From NCBI GenBank assembly GCA_040768445.1, contig JAXGMV010000001.1, positions 1,152,749 through 1,216,748 of the forward strand: a DNA stretch of 64,000 nt. The letters run 5' to 3'. Source of the DNA: Anaerolineaceae bacterium (lineage in GTDB: Bacteria > Chloroflexota > Anaerolineae > Anaerolineales > Anaerolineaceae). A program made the position numbers and the translations under genes. The notes below the pieces were generated by a model. The model saw nothing but the letters and a program-made list of their open reading frames with translations, was not told the origin of the DNA and did not search any database. Shown here piece after piece: positions 27,525 to 36,922 of this stretch (positions are counted from its first letter, which is position 1; the number at the start of each line of letters is the position of its first letter).

Positions 27525-29567
27525 TTACTCAACCTTGTAGTCAACCAGTTTCTGTACAGCCGCCTGTACCGCTGGATTGTCAGGCTGTTCCTGAAGCAGC
27601 TGTTTATATTCCGGCAGGACGCCGTTCAGCTCGATCATCAGCGGGTTGGATGCCAGCCGCTCATCGATTAACTTTTGGGCTTCCTGATCACGTCCGAGGC
27701 GCAGCAGAACCAGTGCACGGTCAAGATGAACTTCACCAGGATCATCAGCCAGGTTTTGCGCCTGCTCGAAATAGTCCAGCGCTGCCTGGTACTGCCGGCG
27801 GGCATACGCTAGCTGGCCGCGGCGGACGTGGTTATAAAAATGATCGGGATCAAGCTGTTCAGCCAGCTCGATATCTTTCTCAGCTTCCGCCAGCCTGCCG
27901 GTGCGGATGTTCACGTCAGCCCGGTTGTGGTACGCCAGCACATATTCCGGCTGCAGCTCGATCGCGCGTGTGTAATCTGCCAGCGCCTCAACATACCTGT
28001 CCAGTTCGGCAAAACAAGCGCCACGGTTGTTGTATGCCCGATCATTTTCTGGTTCAATCCCCAGCGCCTCTGAATAATCTTTTATTGCATTGTGATAGCT
28101 TTCCACCAGGTAGTAGATTACGCCCCGATTGTACAGGGTATGAAAGGACTTTTGAAAATACAGGGAAACACTGTACCATCGTTCAGCCGAGATAAGGTCA
28201 GCCCGAAGTTGAGCAGCCAACGCTAATTCAAACATCATGCCGGCAAACTCGTCATCCAACCCTTTTTGGAAGGGGCGAACAAACAGCGCGCTTTGCCGTT
28301 CAGCCCAAACAGCCAGCTGATGTGCAGCAACATCCGGGTCAGGCTGCAGCTCTTCCACAGCCAGGTCGGAGTAGTACAGCCTGGCGTCGCGCTCCATGAT
28401 GTCATAATTCTCGAGGAAGTTCAGTGCCCTGTCCAGCAGCTTACCGCGCCTGAACAGCGGACGCCTTAACCCGGCACCGCAGTACTGCGAGAGAGCGTGA
28501 CGGCATACCAGGTCGGTGATGGGCGTGACACCAGCAGCGTCAAACAGCTGCAGGCTGTCAAGAATGCAGCCAGCCAGTGGGTTCTGCCGCCGGATTTCAA
28601 CCCGGTTGGCCTGCCACTCTTCCTCAAGGCTGACCTGCATGACGGCTTCCATCTCAACCGCGCTGACCTGCAGCTGACCCTGGTTGTTGAGCCGGCGCAG
28701 GGGGTTGATCAGCCGCTCCGGGTTGCCCTCACTGCGCTCTGACAGTACCTGCTTTGCCTTAGGGTCCAACTCAAGGTTATAAGCAAGGCTGGCGGCATCT
28801 ACCAGTTCAGCGGACTGCCTGGCGTTCAGCCGGCGCAGGTTGATGGTTGCGAAACCCTGCTCTCGCAGCCACTCCCGGTATTCGCGGTCAAGCTGGTCAT
28901 TGCGGGCATCAACGATAATAAAGCAGGAACGGCATTCCTGAAGCGCCTGGAAAGCACCGGAGAGCAGGTCTATCTGGTGATGAGGGAAATGCACCGGCAG
29001 GTCTTCGATGTACAGCAGAATAGCAGCCTTGGGGTCCACCTGTTGGCGGATGGCAGTCTTCACACCTTCAGCATCGGCGCAGCCAAAGCGGCGCAGGGGT
29101 GCAAACACCCGACCGGGCAGCACTTTCTCCCCGGCAACAGCCCGCTGGATCAGCTCGGCAGCGGCGCGGCTCTTGCCAGATTTCATCGAGCCAGTGATCA
29201 GCAGGCGGCGGTTGGCATTCAGGTTGACGCCGTCAATGCCGCCGCGCGGCACCCAGTTAACGGACGCGCCGCGCCCGGGTATGATGTGCTCCGATGGGCA
29301 GGGCTCCAGCGGCTGAGGTTGGCTTGAATCGGCTGGCAAAGGCTTGACCGCCAGCCAGGTCAGCACTGCCAGGACACCGGTGATGATGACAGATAAAATG
29401 TTGAGCAGGGCTTCCAGCGCCTGGATCAGCTCGCTGTTTTCAGCGATGACAGGCAGGAGTGACAGCAGGAAAGGAATCCAGAGCTGCGAGGTTGCCAGGA
29501 GCAGAAGGGCAGCCGCCAACAGGGCGATGAGGATAAACTGTTTTTTATTCTGCCTGTTCCCGGACAT
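27525..29567 (-). CDS. Membrane-tethered P-loop NTPase with C-terminal TPR array (STAND-like architecture)
   Basis: Two N-terminal TM helices (aa 11-41, 54-74), Walker A GSMKSGKS (29169-29192), candidate Walker B ILLYIEDL, about 200-aa helical middle region, at least 5 TPR-like repeats (AYNNRGACF..ALADYTRAIELQPE.. etc.). Confidence 0.75.
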   Translation of the reverse strand: MSGNRQNKKQFILIALLAAALLLLATSQLWIPFLLSLLPVIAENSELIQALEALLNILSVIITGVLAVLTWLAVKPLPADSSQPQPLEPCPSEHIIPGRGASVNWVPRGGIDGVNLNANRRLLITGSMKSGKSRAAAELIQRAVAGEKVLPGRVFAPLRRFGCADAEGVKTAIRQQVDPKAAILLYIEDLPVHFPHHQIDLLSGAFQALQECRSCFIIVDARNDQLDREYREWLREQGFATINLRRLNARQSAELVDAASLAYNLELDPKAKQVLSERSEGNPERLINPLRRLNNQGQLQVSAVEMEAVMQVSLEEEWQANRVEIRRQNPLAGCILDSLQLFDAAGVTPITDLVCRHALSQYCGAGLRRPLFRRGKLLDRALNFLENYDIMERDARLYYSDLAVEELQPDPDVAAHQLAVWAERQSALFVRPFQKGLDDEFAGMMFELALAAQLRADLISAERWYSVSLYFQKSFHTLYNRGVIYYLVESYHNAIKDYSEALGIEPENDRAYNNRGACFAELDRYVEALADYTRAIELQPEYVLAYHNRADVNIRTGRLAEAEKDIELAEQLDPDHFYNHVRRGQLAYARRQYQAALDYFEQAQNLADDPGEVHLDRALVLLRLGRDQEAQKLIDERLASNPLMIELNGVLPEYKQLLQEQPDNPAVQAAVQKLVDYKVE

Positions 29568-29592
29568 GGATTATCCTGTGTTAGAACCTGAT

Positions 29593-30396
29593 TTATGCCG
29601 GCTTGACCGCTTTCAGCGAAAACATCAATGGCAGGGATGGGATGCCTGAGCGCGGGTAGTAATACCCGTCGTCATGTTTTTCCAACCAGTCATAGGCTTT
29701 GTATGTGGTAAAGGGGAACTCGTGCACGTATTCGATCCTCAAACCGCTTTTCACCAGGTTGGTGATCACCTCACCCAGCGGGTAAGACCACTCGTAAGTT
29801 TCTTTTTCTTTCGTCTCTGCCTGGCGGTCAGCGTAGGTGCCGCTCACCGGCAGGATGATGGCGCCCTCGTTAAAGTAAGGGTAGCGCAAAGATGGCTCTG
29901 AGGCTTCATCATCGAAGATCATGGCAGTCGGGTGGAACTCGGCGATGTAGAAGAACCCGCCCGATTTGACATAGCTGGCAGCGATGCGCGCCCACTCTGC
30001 CAGGCCAGGCAGCCAGGTGAGCACGCCGTAGCTGGTGTAAACGATATCAAAGGACTCGTTCAGGTGCTGGGGTATGTTGTACAGGTTGCTGCAAATGAAG
30101 CGCGCCGGCACACCGATCTGTTCACTGCTCTGGCGAGCAATGGCAATCGCCTCGGGTGAGAAATCCACAGCCGTGACATCCGCACCCAGCCTGGCCCATG
30201 AGAGCGAATCATGACCGAAGTGGCACATCAGGTGCAGCAGGCGCTTGCCGGAAACATCGCCCATCTCTTCCAGCTCCAGCGCATGAAGGCTGTTCCTGCC
30301 TTTCAAAAACGCTTCATGCTGGTACATATCAGAACGCACGTGAATCTGTGCCCACTCGTCCCAGACCCTGCGGTTGACCTCGATGCCTTTGTCCAT
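29593..30396 (-). CDS. Class I SAM-dependent methyltransferase
   Basis: LLHLMCHFGHDS / VTAVDFS / FDIVYTSYGVL motifs. ATG 30396 is preceded by GGAGAG. Its stop is 25 nt upstream of the NTPase-TPR start on the same strand. Confidence 0.8.
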   Translation of the reverse strand: MDKGIEVNRRVWDEWAQIHVRSDMYQHEAFLKGRNSLHALELEEMGDVSGKRLLHLMCHFGHDSLSWARLGADVTAVDFSPEAIAIARQSSEQIGVPARFICSNLYNIPQHLNESFDIVYTSYGVLTWLPGLAEWARIAASYVKSGGFFYIAEFHPTAMIFDDEASEPSLRYPYFNEGAIILPVSGTYADRQAETKEKETYEWSYPLGEVITNLVKSGLRIEYVHEFPFTTYKAYDWLEKHDDGYYYPRSGIPSLPLMFSLKAVKPA

Positions 30397-30551
30397 GCGT
30401 ACTCTCCGTGTGATGTGTGTATAAAGTGCTGACTTTATTATACAGACGAAGCCCGCCAAATAATACCGGCATTGATGACGCGCAGCGCTTTGCTGGAACC
30501 GGGCATCGATTTAGCGTACAATCATCTTGATCATTGAAAAAAGGAGTTCAG

Positions 30552-31037
30552 ATGAAACAATATCCGGTTGAGACATTACTTGAAGCACTTGAAAATAACC
30601 AGGCTTTGCTGGAACTGCAAACTGCAGATATCACCCATGAGCAAAGCCTGCTAATACCGCCGTTCTATGCAAACTGCATGAACTGGGTTCTGGGTCATCT
30701 ACTGCAGTCACGCAGCTGGATGCTGGCACAAATTGGCTTGAGCGGGTACATGCCGCAAGAAGAAGCGATGCTGTACCAGCGCAATGCCCCGGAAATGGAT
30801 AACCCTGGGCAGGCATCACGGCTTGAAAGCCTGCTGGAACGGCTGAAAGAGACCAACACATTGTTGAAGGACAGGCTGATGGCGATGTCACCAGAGGAGC
30901 TTCATAAAGAAATTCCGATATTTGGCGGTACCACGCTGAGTGCGTTTCTCGGGTTCCTGTTGTGGCACGAGACCTATCACGTCGGCCAGCTGGAGATTCT
31001 GCGCAACTTTACCGGACACCACGAGAAATTAATCTGA
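30552..31037 (+). CDS. DinB family protein
   Basis: Four-helix DinB pattern with HLL....W and HETYHVGQL. AAGGAG RBS before ATG 30552. Confidence 0.8.
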   Translation: MKQYPVETLLEALENNQALLELQTADITHEQSLLIPPFYANCMNWVLGHLLQSRSWMLAQIGLSGYMPQEEAMLYQRNAPEMDNPGQASRLESLLERLKETNTLLKDRLMAMSPEELHKEIPIFGGTTLSAFLGFLLWHETYHVGQLEILRNFTGHHEKLI

Positions 31038-31062
31038 GCTAATATGGTTTTGTAATTATAAG

Positions 31063-31097
31063 AAACAGCCTGCCTGGTACACAAAGGCAGGCTGTTG
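31063..31097. terminator. Bidirectional hairpin terminator between convergent genes
   Basis: AACAGCCTGCC-loop-GGCAGGCTGTT flanked by A/T runs. Confidence 0.6.
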
Positions 31098-31106
31098 AGA
31101 GTGTTT

Positions 31107-32429
31107 TCAGGATGCAGCCAATATCAATCCGAACAGGTAGCCTGCCAGCGTGCTCAACACGGCAACCAACGCCACGTACACGGCGGTTTTCTTCTTACCC
31201 ATAATGCCGTTCAGCACCAGGATGGACTGCAGGGATAGCTCAGGGTCAGCCAGTAAGTAAGCCAGCAGTGGGCCGCGCGCCATGCCCAGGTCAAGGAACA
31301 TCCTGGCGATTGGTACCTCGACCAGCGTGGGGAAGTACATGAACACTCCGAAAATTACACCAACGAAGTTAGCACCGATGGTGTTGGAGCCGGCGATGGT
31401 GCGCACCCATTCTTCCGGGATGATCTCGCGTACAATGCCGGCGGCAAAGACGCCAACGATCAGCAGGGGGAAGATCTGCTTGACGAACTTCCAGGTTTCC
31501 CAAATCCAGCCGGCCAGTTCGTCTTTGCTGAAATTGCGCGCTGCCACAAAACCGATGGCCACCAGCAGTATGACCTCACCGATCAGGCGCCCGTTGATGC
31601 CGATGACCGCCGATCCGATTTCTTCTTTTGGTGCGGCAATCAGGATGGTGAGTGCGATAAACCCGATGGCAGCATACGTCCAGCCGCTGAAACCATCAAA
31701 GATGGTCTCAAATCCCTTCCAGGCAGTGATGCCGATCACGATCAGCATCAGGATCAGCAGGCCGCCCTGCAGGGTCAGGTTAACCGATGCCAGGGTGTCC
31801 ATCATACCCTGCAGTGAGCTGGCCGGCATGTTGATAGTCGCATAGACATTCGTCAGCAAACCCACCTGCAGTGTGCCGACGATCAGCACAGCCACCAGCA
31901 GCAGGAAGAGCACCCATACAGCCGGCTTGACCTTGACCGATTGATCAAACATACCGTTGGCAGCCATTTCGGCTGAGCGGGTTTTCTCTTCCTTGCGAAA
32001 AACCCAGGCCATGATCAAGCCAATAACAATGCCAAAGACGATGGACAGGATCAGGCGCGCCAGGGCGATGTCGAAGCCGATGGCAGCGCCGGTGTAGGTG
32101 ATGGCCAGGATGTTTATGGCTGGACCGACAAACAGGAAGGTGATGGCGGGGCCAAGCCCGGCGCCGCGCTTCCAGATGCCGGCAAACAACGGCAGGATGG
32201 TGCAGGAACACACCGCCAGCACAAAACCACCCAATGCAGAGGCGGGGTAGCTGATCCACTTGGAGGCTTTGGGTCCAAGGAAACGGGTGATGGCTTCTTT
32301 GGGGATCATGGAGCTTAAGAAGCCGGCAATGATAAAGGCTGGCACCAGGCATAGTAATACGTGAGCAGCCAGGTAATCCAGCAGGCTGGTGTAACCGGAC
32401 CACAGCAGGGATAAAAGTGTTTCAATCAT
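31107..32429 (-). CDS. DUF318/ArsP-type permease
   Basis: Polytopic. LCLVPAFIIAG..S..IP......LG and AVCSCTILP (CxC) blocks typical of the PF03773 permease family. Confidence 0.8.
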   Translation of the reverse strand: MIETLLSLLWSGYTSLLDYLAAHVLLCLVPAFIIAGFLSSMIPKEAITRFLGPKASKWISYPASALGGFVLAVCSCTILPLFAGIWKRGAGLGPAITFLFVGPAINILAITYTGAAIGFDIALARLILSIVFGIVIGLIMAWVFRKEEKTRSAEMAANGMFDQSVKVKPAVWVLFLLLVAVLIVGTLQVGLLTNVYATINMPASSLQGMMDTLASVNLTLQGGLLILMLIVIGITAWKGFETIFDGFSGWTYAAIGFIALTILIAAPKEEIGSAVIGINGRLIGEVILLVAIGFVAARNFSKDELAGWIWETWKFVKQIFPLLIVGVFAAGIVREIIPEEWVRTIAGSNTIGANFVGVIFGVFMYFPTLVEVPIARMFLDLGMARGPLLAYLLADPELSLQSILVLNGIMGKKKTAVYVALVAVLSTLAGYLFGLILAAS

Positions 32430-32532
32430 TTACGGTTTGCTCTTTTGCTTTCAGTTTATTGGTATGCCGGCATATAGCCCTGGTTGGTTTCAAGGGAATG
32501 ACCTGCGCCGCATGCGGTTTGTTCAAGGAGAA

Positions 32533-32769
32533 TCAGCTTGATAGCCAGGTTTTGATTTCTGATTCAGCCGGGATGCGGCCGTAGGAGAGTACCTCGCCGT
32601 TCAGCACCAACCCGGGCGTGGCCAGGATGGGAAACTTCATAATTTCGTCCATACTGGTGACTTTCTCAATTTCAGCTTCCAACGCCAGGTCAGCAACCAC
32701 TTTGCGGGTGAGCTGTTCGAGGCGTTTGCAGTTGGCGCAGCCGGATCCGAGGATTTTGATATTTAGCAT
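32533..32769 (-). CDS. Thioredoxin-fold redox-active disulfide protein 2
   Basis: MLNIKILGSGCANCKRLE (CxxC). 78 aa from ATG 32769 with an AAGGAA RBS. Confidence 0.8.
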   Translation of the reverse strand: MLNIKILGSGCANCKRLEQLTRKVVADLALEAEIEKVTSMDEIMKFPILATPGLVLNGEVLSYGRIPAESEIKTWLSS

Positions 32770-32899
32770 GGTGAATTCCTTTCGATGTGTTGTGTTGGCT
32801 GCCGCTGTCATGAATCAGGGTCAGCTGGTTAATATTCATAAAATTGAATGTGATATTTCGATAGAGTTTGGTTGCATATGAGCAAGGTCTTGTTTTATA

Positions 32900-33280
32900 T
32901 CATTCCTGTGGGCAGCACTTGGGGCAGGGGCAGTCTTTAGCAGCCAGGCGGCCGGTACGCCGGGGTTTGTCGGGCAGCAGATGCTCCTGCAGGGCATCGA
33001 TCAGAGGGTAAATACCCCGGTCGGTGACGCTGTAGAAAATGTTCCAGCCGTCCTGCCGGCTCTGCACCAGACCCGCTTCACGCAGGACAGCCAGCTGTTG
33101 GGAGATGTACGCCTGGCGGTAACCGAGCAGGGCTTCCATGTGGCAGACACAGGCTTCATCATCGCGCAGGATGTCCAGGATGGCAAGGCGGGCGGGATGG
33201 GCCAGCACCTTGAAGGTGCCTGCCAGTGTCTTATGCAGGTCCATATCCACTGACTGTGTGTCGATTACATTCAATTTCAT
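32900..33280 (-). CDS. ArsR/SmtB family transcriptional regulator
   Basis: FKVLAHPARLAILDIL..DEACVCH......G..QAYISQQLAVLREAGLV wHTH. Start at ATG 33280. Confidence 0.85.
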   Translation of the reverse strand: MKLNVIDTQSVDMDLHKTLAGTFKVLAHPARLAILDILRDDEACVCHMEALLGYRQAYISQQLAVLREAGLVQSRQDGWNIFYSVTDRGIYPLIDALQEHLLPDKPRRTGRLAAKDCPCPKCCPQE

Positions 33281-33497
33281 GAATATGATTATACACCCTG
33301 AATTGAGCCTGTCAAGACTTATAAATTGCCAGGTCTGTGAGCAGGTCAGCACATAGTATACAGTTTGTGAATAGAAATTATGAAGTACATCTGGAGAATA
33401 TTATGAATAACTACAAAACTGTTCGTCGATTTAGACAGGCACGGTGTAAAATTTAACTAATCGGTATAACAAAATTAAAGAATAAGGCGGTAACCGC

Positions 33498-34079
33498 ATG
33501 AACCTTAGAAAAGCACCCGATTTCCCTTACAATTTTATAGACCACATGCTCTTTTCTGAGGACGAGATCAAGGCGCGGGTTGCTGAACTGGCCGCCCAGA
33601 TCACCTATGACTACCGCGACTCAGAAAAGCTGCTGCTATTGGGCTTGCTGCGCGGCAGCGTGATCTTTATCACCGACCTGATGCGATCCATCAACCTGCC
33701 GCTGACCATGGACTTCATGTCCGTATCGTCCTATGCCGGCAGTGAGTCAACCGGTTTCATCCGCATCGATTCAGACCACAAGACCAACATCTACGGCTGG
33801 GATGTGATCCTGGTGGATGACATCGCAGACTCCGGTTATACACTCTACACGATCAAGAAACTGCTGCTGGAGCGCAAGCCGAAGAGCCTGAAACTGTGCG
33901 CCCTGCTGGACAAGGAAGAGCGCCGCAAGGTGGATGTGCCGATTGATTACCGTGGCTTTGCCATCCCCGATTATTTCGTGGTCGGTTATGGGCTGGATAT
34001 TGATGAGAAGGGGCGTAACCTGCCGTACATTGCCTCGGTCAACCTGGAGCGCTACCTGGCGAATGGGGGCTCAAAATAA
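33498..34079 (+). CDS. hpt: Hypoxanthine phosphoribosyltransferase
   Basis: LLGLLRGSVIF..DL, VILVDDIADSGYTL PRPP-binding motif, YFVVGYGLD. Confidence 0.9.
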   Translation: MNLRKAPDFPYNFIDHMLFSEDEIKARVAELAAQITYDYRDSEKLLLLGLLRGSVIFITDLMRSINLPLTMDFMSVSSYAGSESTGFIRIDSDHKTNIYGWDVILVDDIADSGYTLYTIKKLLLERKPKSLKLCALLDKEERRKVDVPIDYRGFAIPDYFVVGYGLDIDEKGRNLPYIASVNLERYLANGGSK

Positions 34080-34240
34080 GCCGGGTTTAATAACCATCGA
34101 ACAGGGCTGCGCAATCCGGCAGTCCTGTTTTCTTTACATGATCTTTACCAACAATTTGCAGGTAGTTTACTTGCGCCTGATATGATGGTGCTAATTCCAA
34201 TACTGGAAGAAAAACAACAAAAAAATAAGGAGTTTGTACC

Positions 34241-34882
34241 ATGTCTAAACTAATGAAAATTTTCTTTGCCGTTCTGGCAGTTACCGTATTAACCGGCGCA
34301 AGCCTTTTCGTCTTTGATCAGCCTGACAGTGTTTATGCTGCCAGCGAGTTCGGCCGCGGCGGTCCTGGCGGCTTTGGTCAGCCTGTAGTTGGAGATCCAA
34401 CAAATACCAATCAACAGCCTGCTCCCATGGGCGGTTATGGTCGTGGCAACATTGCCGGCGGTGCCATGATGAACACTGCGCCTGTGACGCCCTTGAGCGA
34501 GGCAGAAGCTAAGGGCTTACAGGAAGCCATTCTGGAAGAGTACGGTGCGATGAACCTCTACAATGCTGTTGCAGAACAGCTCGGTGTACAGGCGCCATTC
34601 AGCCAGATTGCCCGATCGGAATCACAGCATGCAAATGCGCTGATCCGCCTGGCTGAACGCTATGGTGTGGAAGCGCCTGAGAACCCCGGCCTGGCAAGTG
34701 CCCCGCAGTTTGCCACCACTGCTGATGCCTGTGCAGCCGGTGTGGCCGCTGAAATCGCCGATGCCGACCTGTACGACCAGCTGCTGCCCGATGTCACGCA
34801 TCCTGACCTGCAGCGGGTTTATACCAACCTGAAGAACGCCTCTCTGCAGAGCCACCTGCCGGCATTTGAAGCCTGCAAATAA
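34241..34882 (+). CDS. Secreted ferritin-like DUF2202 protein
   Basis: Signal peptide, Gly-rich linker, LSEAEAKGLQEAILEEYGAMNLY and SESQHANAL blocks characteristic of DUF2202. Confidence 0.7.
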   Translation: MSKLMKIFFAVLAVTVLTGASLFVFDQPDSVYAASEFGRGGPGGFGQPVVGDPTNTNQQPAPMGGYGRGNIAGGAMMNTAPVTPLSEAEAKGLQEAILEEYGAMNLYNAVAEQLGVQAPFSQIARSESQHANALIRLAERYGVEAPENPGLASAPQFATTADACAAGVAAEIADADLYDQLLPDVTHPDLQRVYTNLKNASLQSHLPAFEACK

Positions 34883-34905
34883 TCGCTTCTGTAACCTAAA
34901 AATAC

Positions 34906-34936
34906 CCGGAGACGTAAAGTGTCTCCGGCTTTTATT
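34906..34936 (+). terminator. Intrinsic terminator
   Basis: CCGGAGAC-GTAAAGT-GTCTCCGG then CTTTTATTT. Confidence 0.7.
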
Positions 34937-34952
34937 TGTGAACTGCCTGTAC

Positions 34953-35630
34953 TTATCCAAGTGTCAGGAGAGCACCATACTGCTTCAGCCAACGCCGGTA
35001 TACCTGGTAGGTAGGCAGCATCGCTTCAACCAGCTTCCAAAAATTGTATGAGTGGTTGTGATGGCGCAAGTGGGCAAGCTCGTGCAGCACCACATAGTCA
35101 ATTACGTCCAGCGGAGCCATCACCAGGCGCCAGGTGAAGCTGAGTGTACGTTTACTGCTGCAAGATCCCCAGCGCGTTTTAGCGCCGCTGATCCGGACAG
35201 AACGATATTTGAAGCCGTGTAGTTTTGCAAAATGAGCAACCCGTTCAGTGATAACCTTGCGCCCCGCCGCCCGGTACCAGGCTTCAAAGACAGCTTCAGC
35301 CTGCGGCAGGGCTTTTTCAGCCAGGTAGAAACCGTGGTCGAAGCGCAGTGCAGCGGCCTGTTTCTCAACGATGTGAAGCGGATATTCTGCCCCAAGGTAT
35401 AAAAAGGTCTCGCCGGCACGGTAGCTGTGATGGGGAATTTGCCGGTGGTTTTTCAGAGCCTGTGCCTGCTTTTTCTCAATCCAATCCCTCTTTGAAGCTA
35501 CCAGCTCGTGGATTTTGGCATCAGAGTAGTCCAGCGGGGCGCGCACCTCTAACTGGCCGTCAGGCTGGACAATCAGCGATACGGTTCTGCGGGCTGTTCG
35601 GGTGATACGGTCAATGGTGATGGGTGTCAT
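34953..35630 (-). CDS. YgjP-like (DUF45) M48-family zinc metallohydrolase
   Basis: TRWGSCS, DYVVLHELAHLRHHNHS (HExxH) and FW motifs. Confidence 0.8.
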   Translation of the reverse strand: MTPITIDRITRTARRTVSLIVQPDGQLEVRAPLDYSDAKIHELVASKRDWIEKKQAQALKNHRQIPHHSYRAGETFLYLGAEYPLHIVEKQAAALRFDHGFYLAEKALPQAEAVFEAWYRAAGRKVITERVAHFAKLHGFKYRSVRISGAKTRWGSCSSKRTLSFTWRLVMAPLDVIDYVVLHELAHLRHHNHSYNFWKLVEAMLPTYQVYRRWLKQYGALLTLG

Positions 35631-36763
35631 ACTGTATCCAGGGCACGTACGATCCGTTTGTGGATATCCACACGAAAGGGCAGGACGATACGGTCTTTTC
35701 GACCGCGGTAGACTTCGTTGCTCAGCAGGGCAACAACCGTCTGCCTAGAGGGGTCAACCCACAGCGAGGTGCCGGTGAAACCGGTGTGACCGAAGGCAGA
35801 GTCACTGAAGACGTAGCCGCTGCTCTCGATATCGGGGCTGCGCAGTTGAAAGCCGAGCCCGCGACGCAGGTCGCCTTTTTCAAACTGCAGGGAGGTCATC
35901 TGCTGAACAAGGCTGGTATCCAGCAGGGGCACACCGCTGCCCAGGAACACCTGCCCAAACGCAGCCAGGTCAGCTGCGGTGGAGAAGATGCCGGTGTGTC
36001 CGGCAATGCCGTTCATGCGCCAGGCGTTCTCATCATGCACCTCACCGATCACGCGCCGGCCGCGCCAATCACACCACTCGGTAGCCGCAAAACCATCTAC
36101 GGTGTGCGGTTCATCCAGCGGGATGAAGCCAGTGTGCTCCAGCCCGAGCGGGTCGAGCACCAGCAGCTTCACAGCCTTGTCCAGGCGCATGCCGGTTAAA
36201 GCTTCGACAGCCATGCCGATCAAGATCAAGCCCAGGTCGCTGTAGACCGTGTCAGCGCTGGGCTGGTAGGAGAAGAAGGTCCTGAGCGCCATATCGCGCG
36301 CATGATCTGCATCAGCCTGCCTGAACAGTGGGCGCCAGGCTGGCAGCCCAGAGCTGTGGGAGAGCAGGTGTCTGAAGGTGACCATCGAAGCGTCCACCTC
36401 ACCGCCGCGCTCGTCCACAGTGACCAATCCGCCCGGGCTGAGAGGATCTTCATAGGCCTGCACCGGGCGAACGCCGCTGAAGGCTGGCAGTACTGTGCTG
36501 ACCGGCTGGTCAAGTATAACTGCGCCGCGCCCAACCAGGCGCATGAAGGCAGTGGACGTGAACAGCTTGCTCACCGAAGCCATGTCGAAGCGGGAAGTCT
36601 CATCGGTTGTACTATCCGGCTGCTCGGGGTTAAGGGTGCCAAATGCGCCGTGATAAACAGTCTCACCGCGCTGCCGTACCACCAACTGTACTGCTGGTAT
36701 GCCGGCACCAATGTAGCGCTGGATCATCTCTTCAACGGGCTGAAAACGGTCTGAAGTGCTCAC
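35627..36763 (-). CDS. Serine hydrolase (beta-lactamase family)
   Basis: ASVSKLFTS (SxxK), YSDLG (YxN-like), HTGFTG. 4-nt overlap with the DUF45 gene. Confidence 0.8.
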   Translation of the reverse strand: MSTSDRFQPVEEMIQRYIGAGIPAVQLVVRQRGETVYHGAFGTLNPEQPDSTTDETSRFDMASVSKLFTSTAFMRLVGRGAVILDQPVSTVLPAFSGVRPVQAYEDPLSPGGLVTVDERGGEVDASMVTFRHLLSHSSGLPAWRPLFRQADADHARDMALRTFFSYQPSADTVYSDLGLILIGMAVEALTGMRLDKAVKLLVLDPLGLEHTGFIPLDEPHTVDGFAATEWCDWRGRRVIGEVHDENAWRMNGIAGHTGIFSTAADLAAFGQVFLGSGVPLLDTSLVQQMTSLQFEKGDLRRGLGFQLRSPDIESSGYVFSDSAFGHTGFTGTSLWVDPSRQTVVALLSNEVYRGRKDRIVLPFRVDIHKRIVRALDTV

Positions 36764-36922
36764 GTAGTCCTCCTGGCAATTATTTTCTCAAGCAATTATG
36801 CCATACTTCCCGCCCACCAAGCAGGCTTTGACCAACTGCAAGGACGGCAGGACACGGGCGAGTGCTTATTAGAGATGGCCAGTCATGATAAAATTTACCT
36901 ATAACTTCGGAAAGGAACTGAT

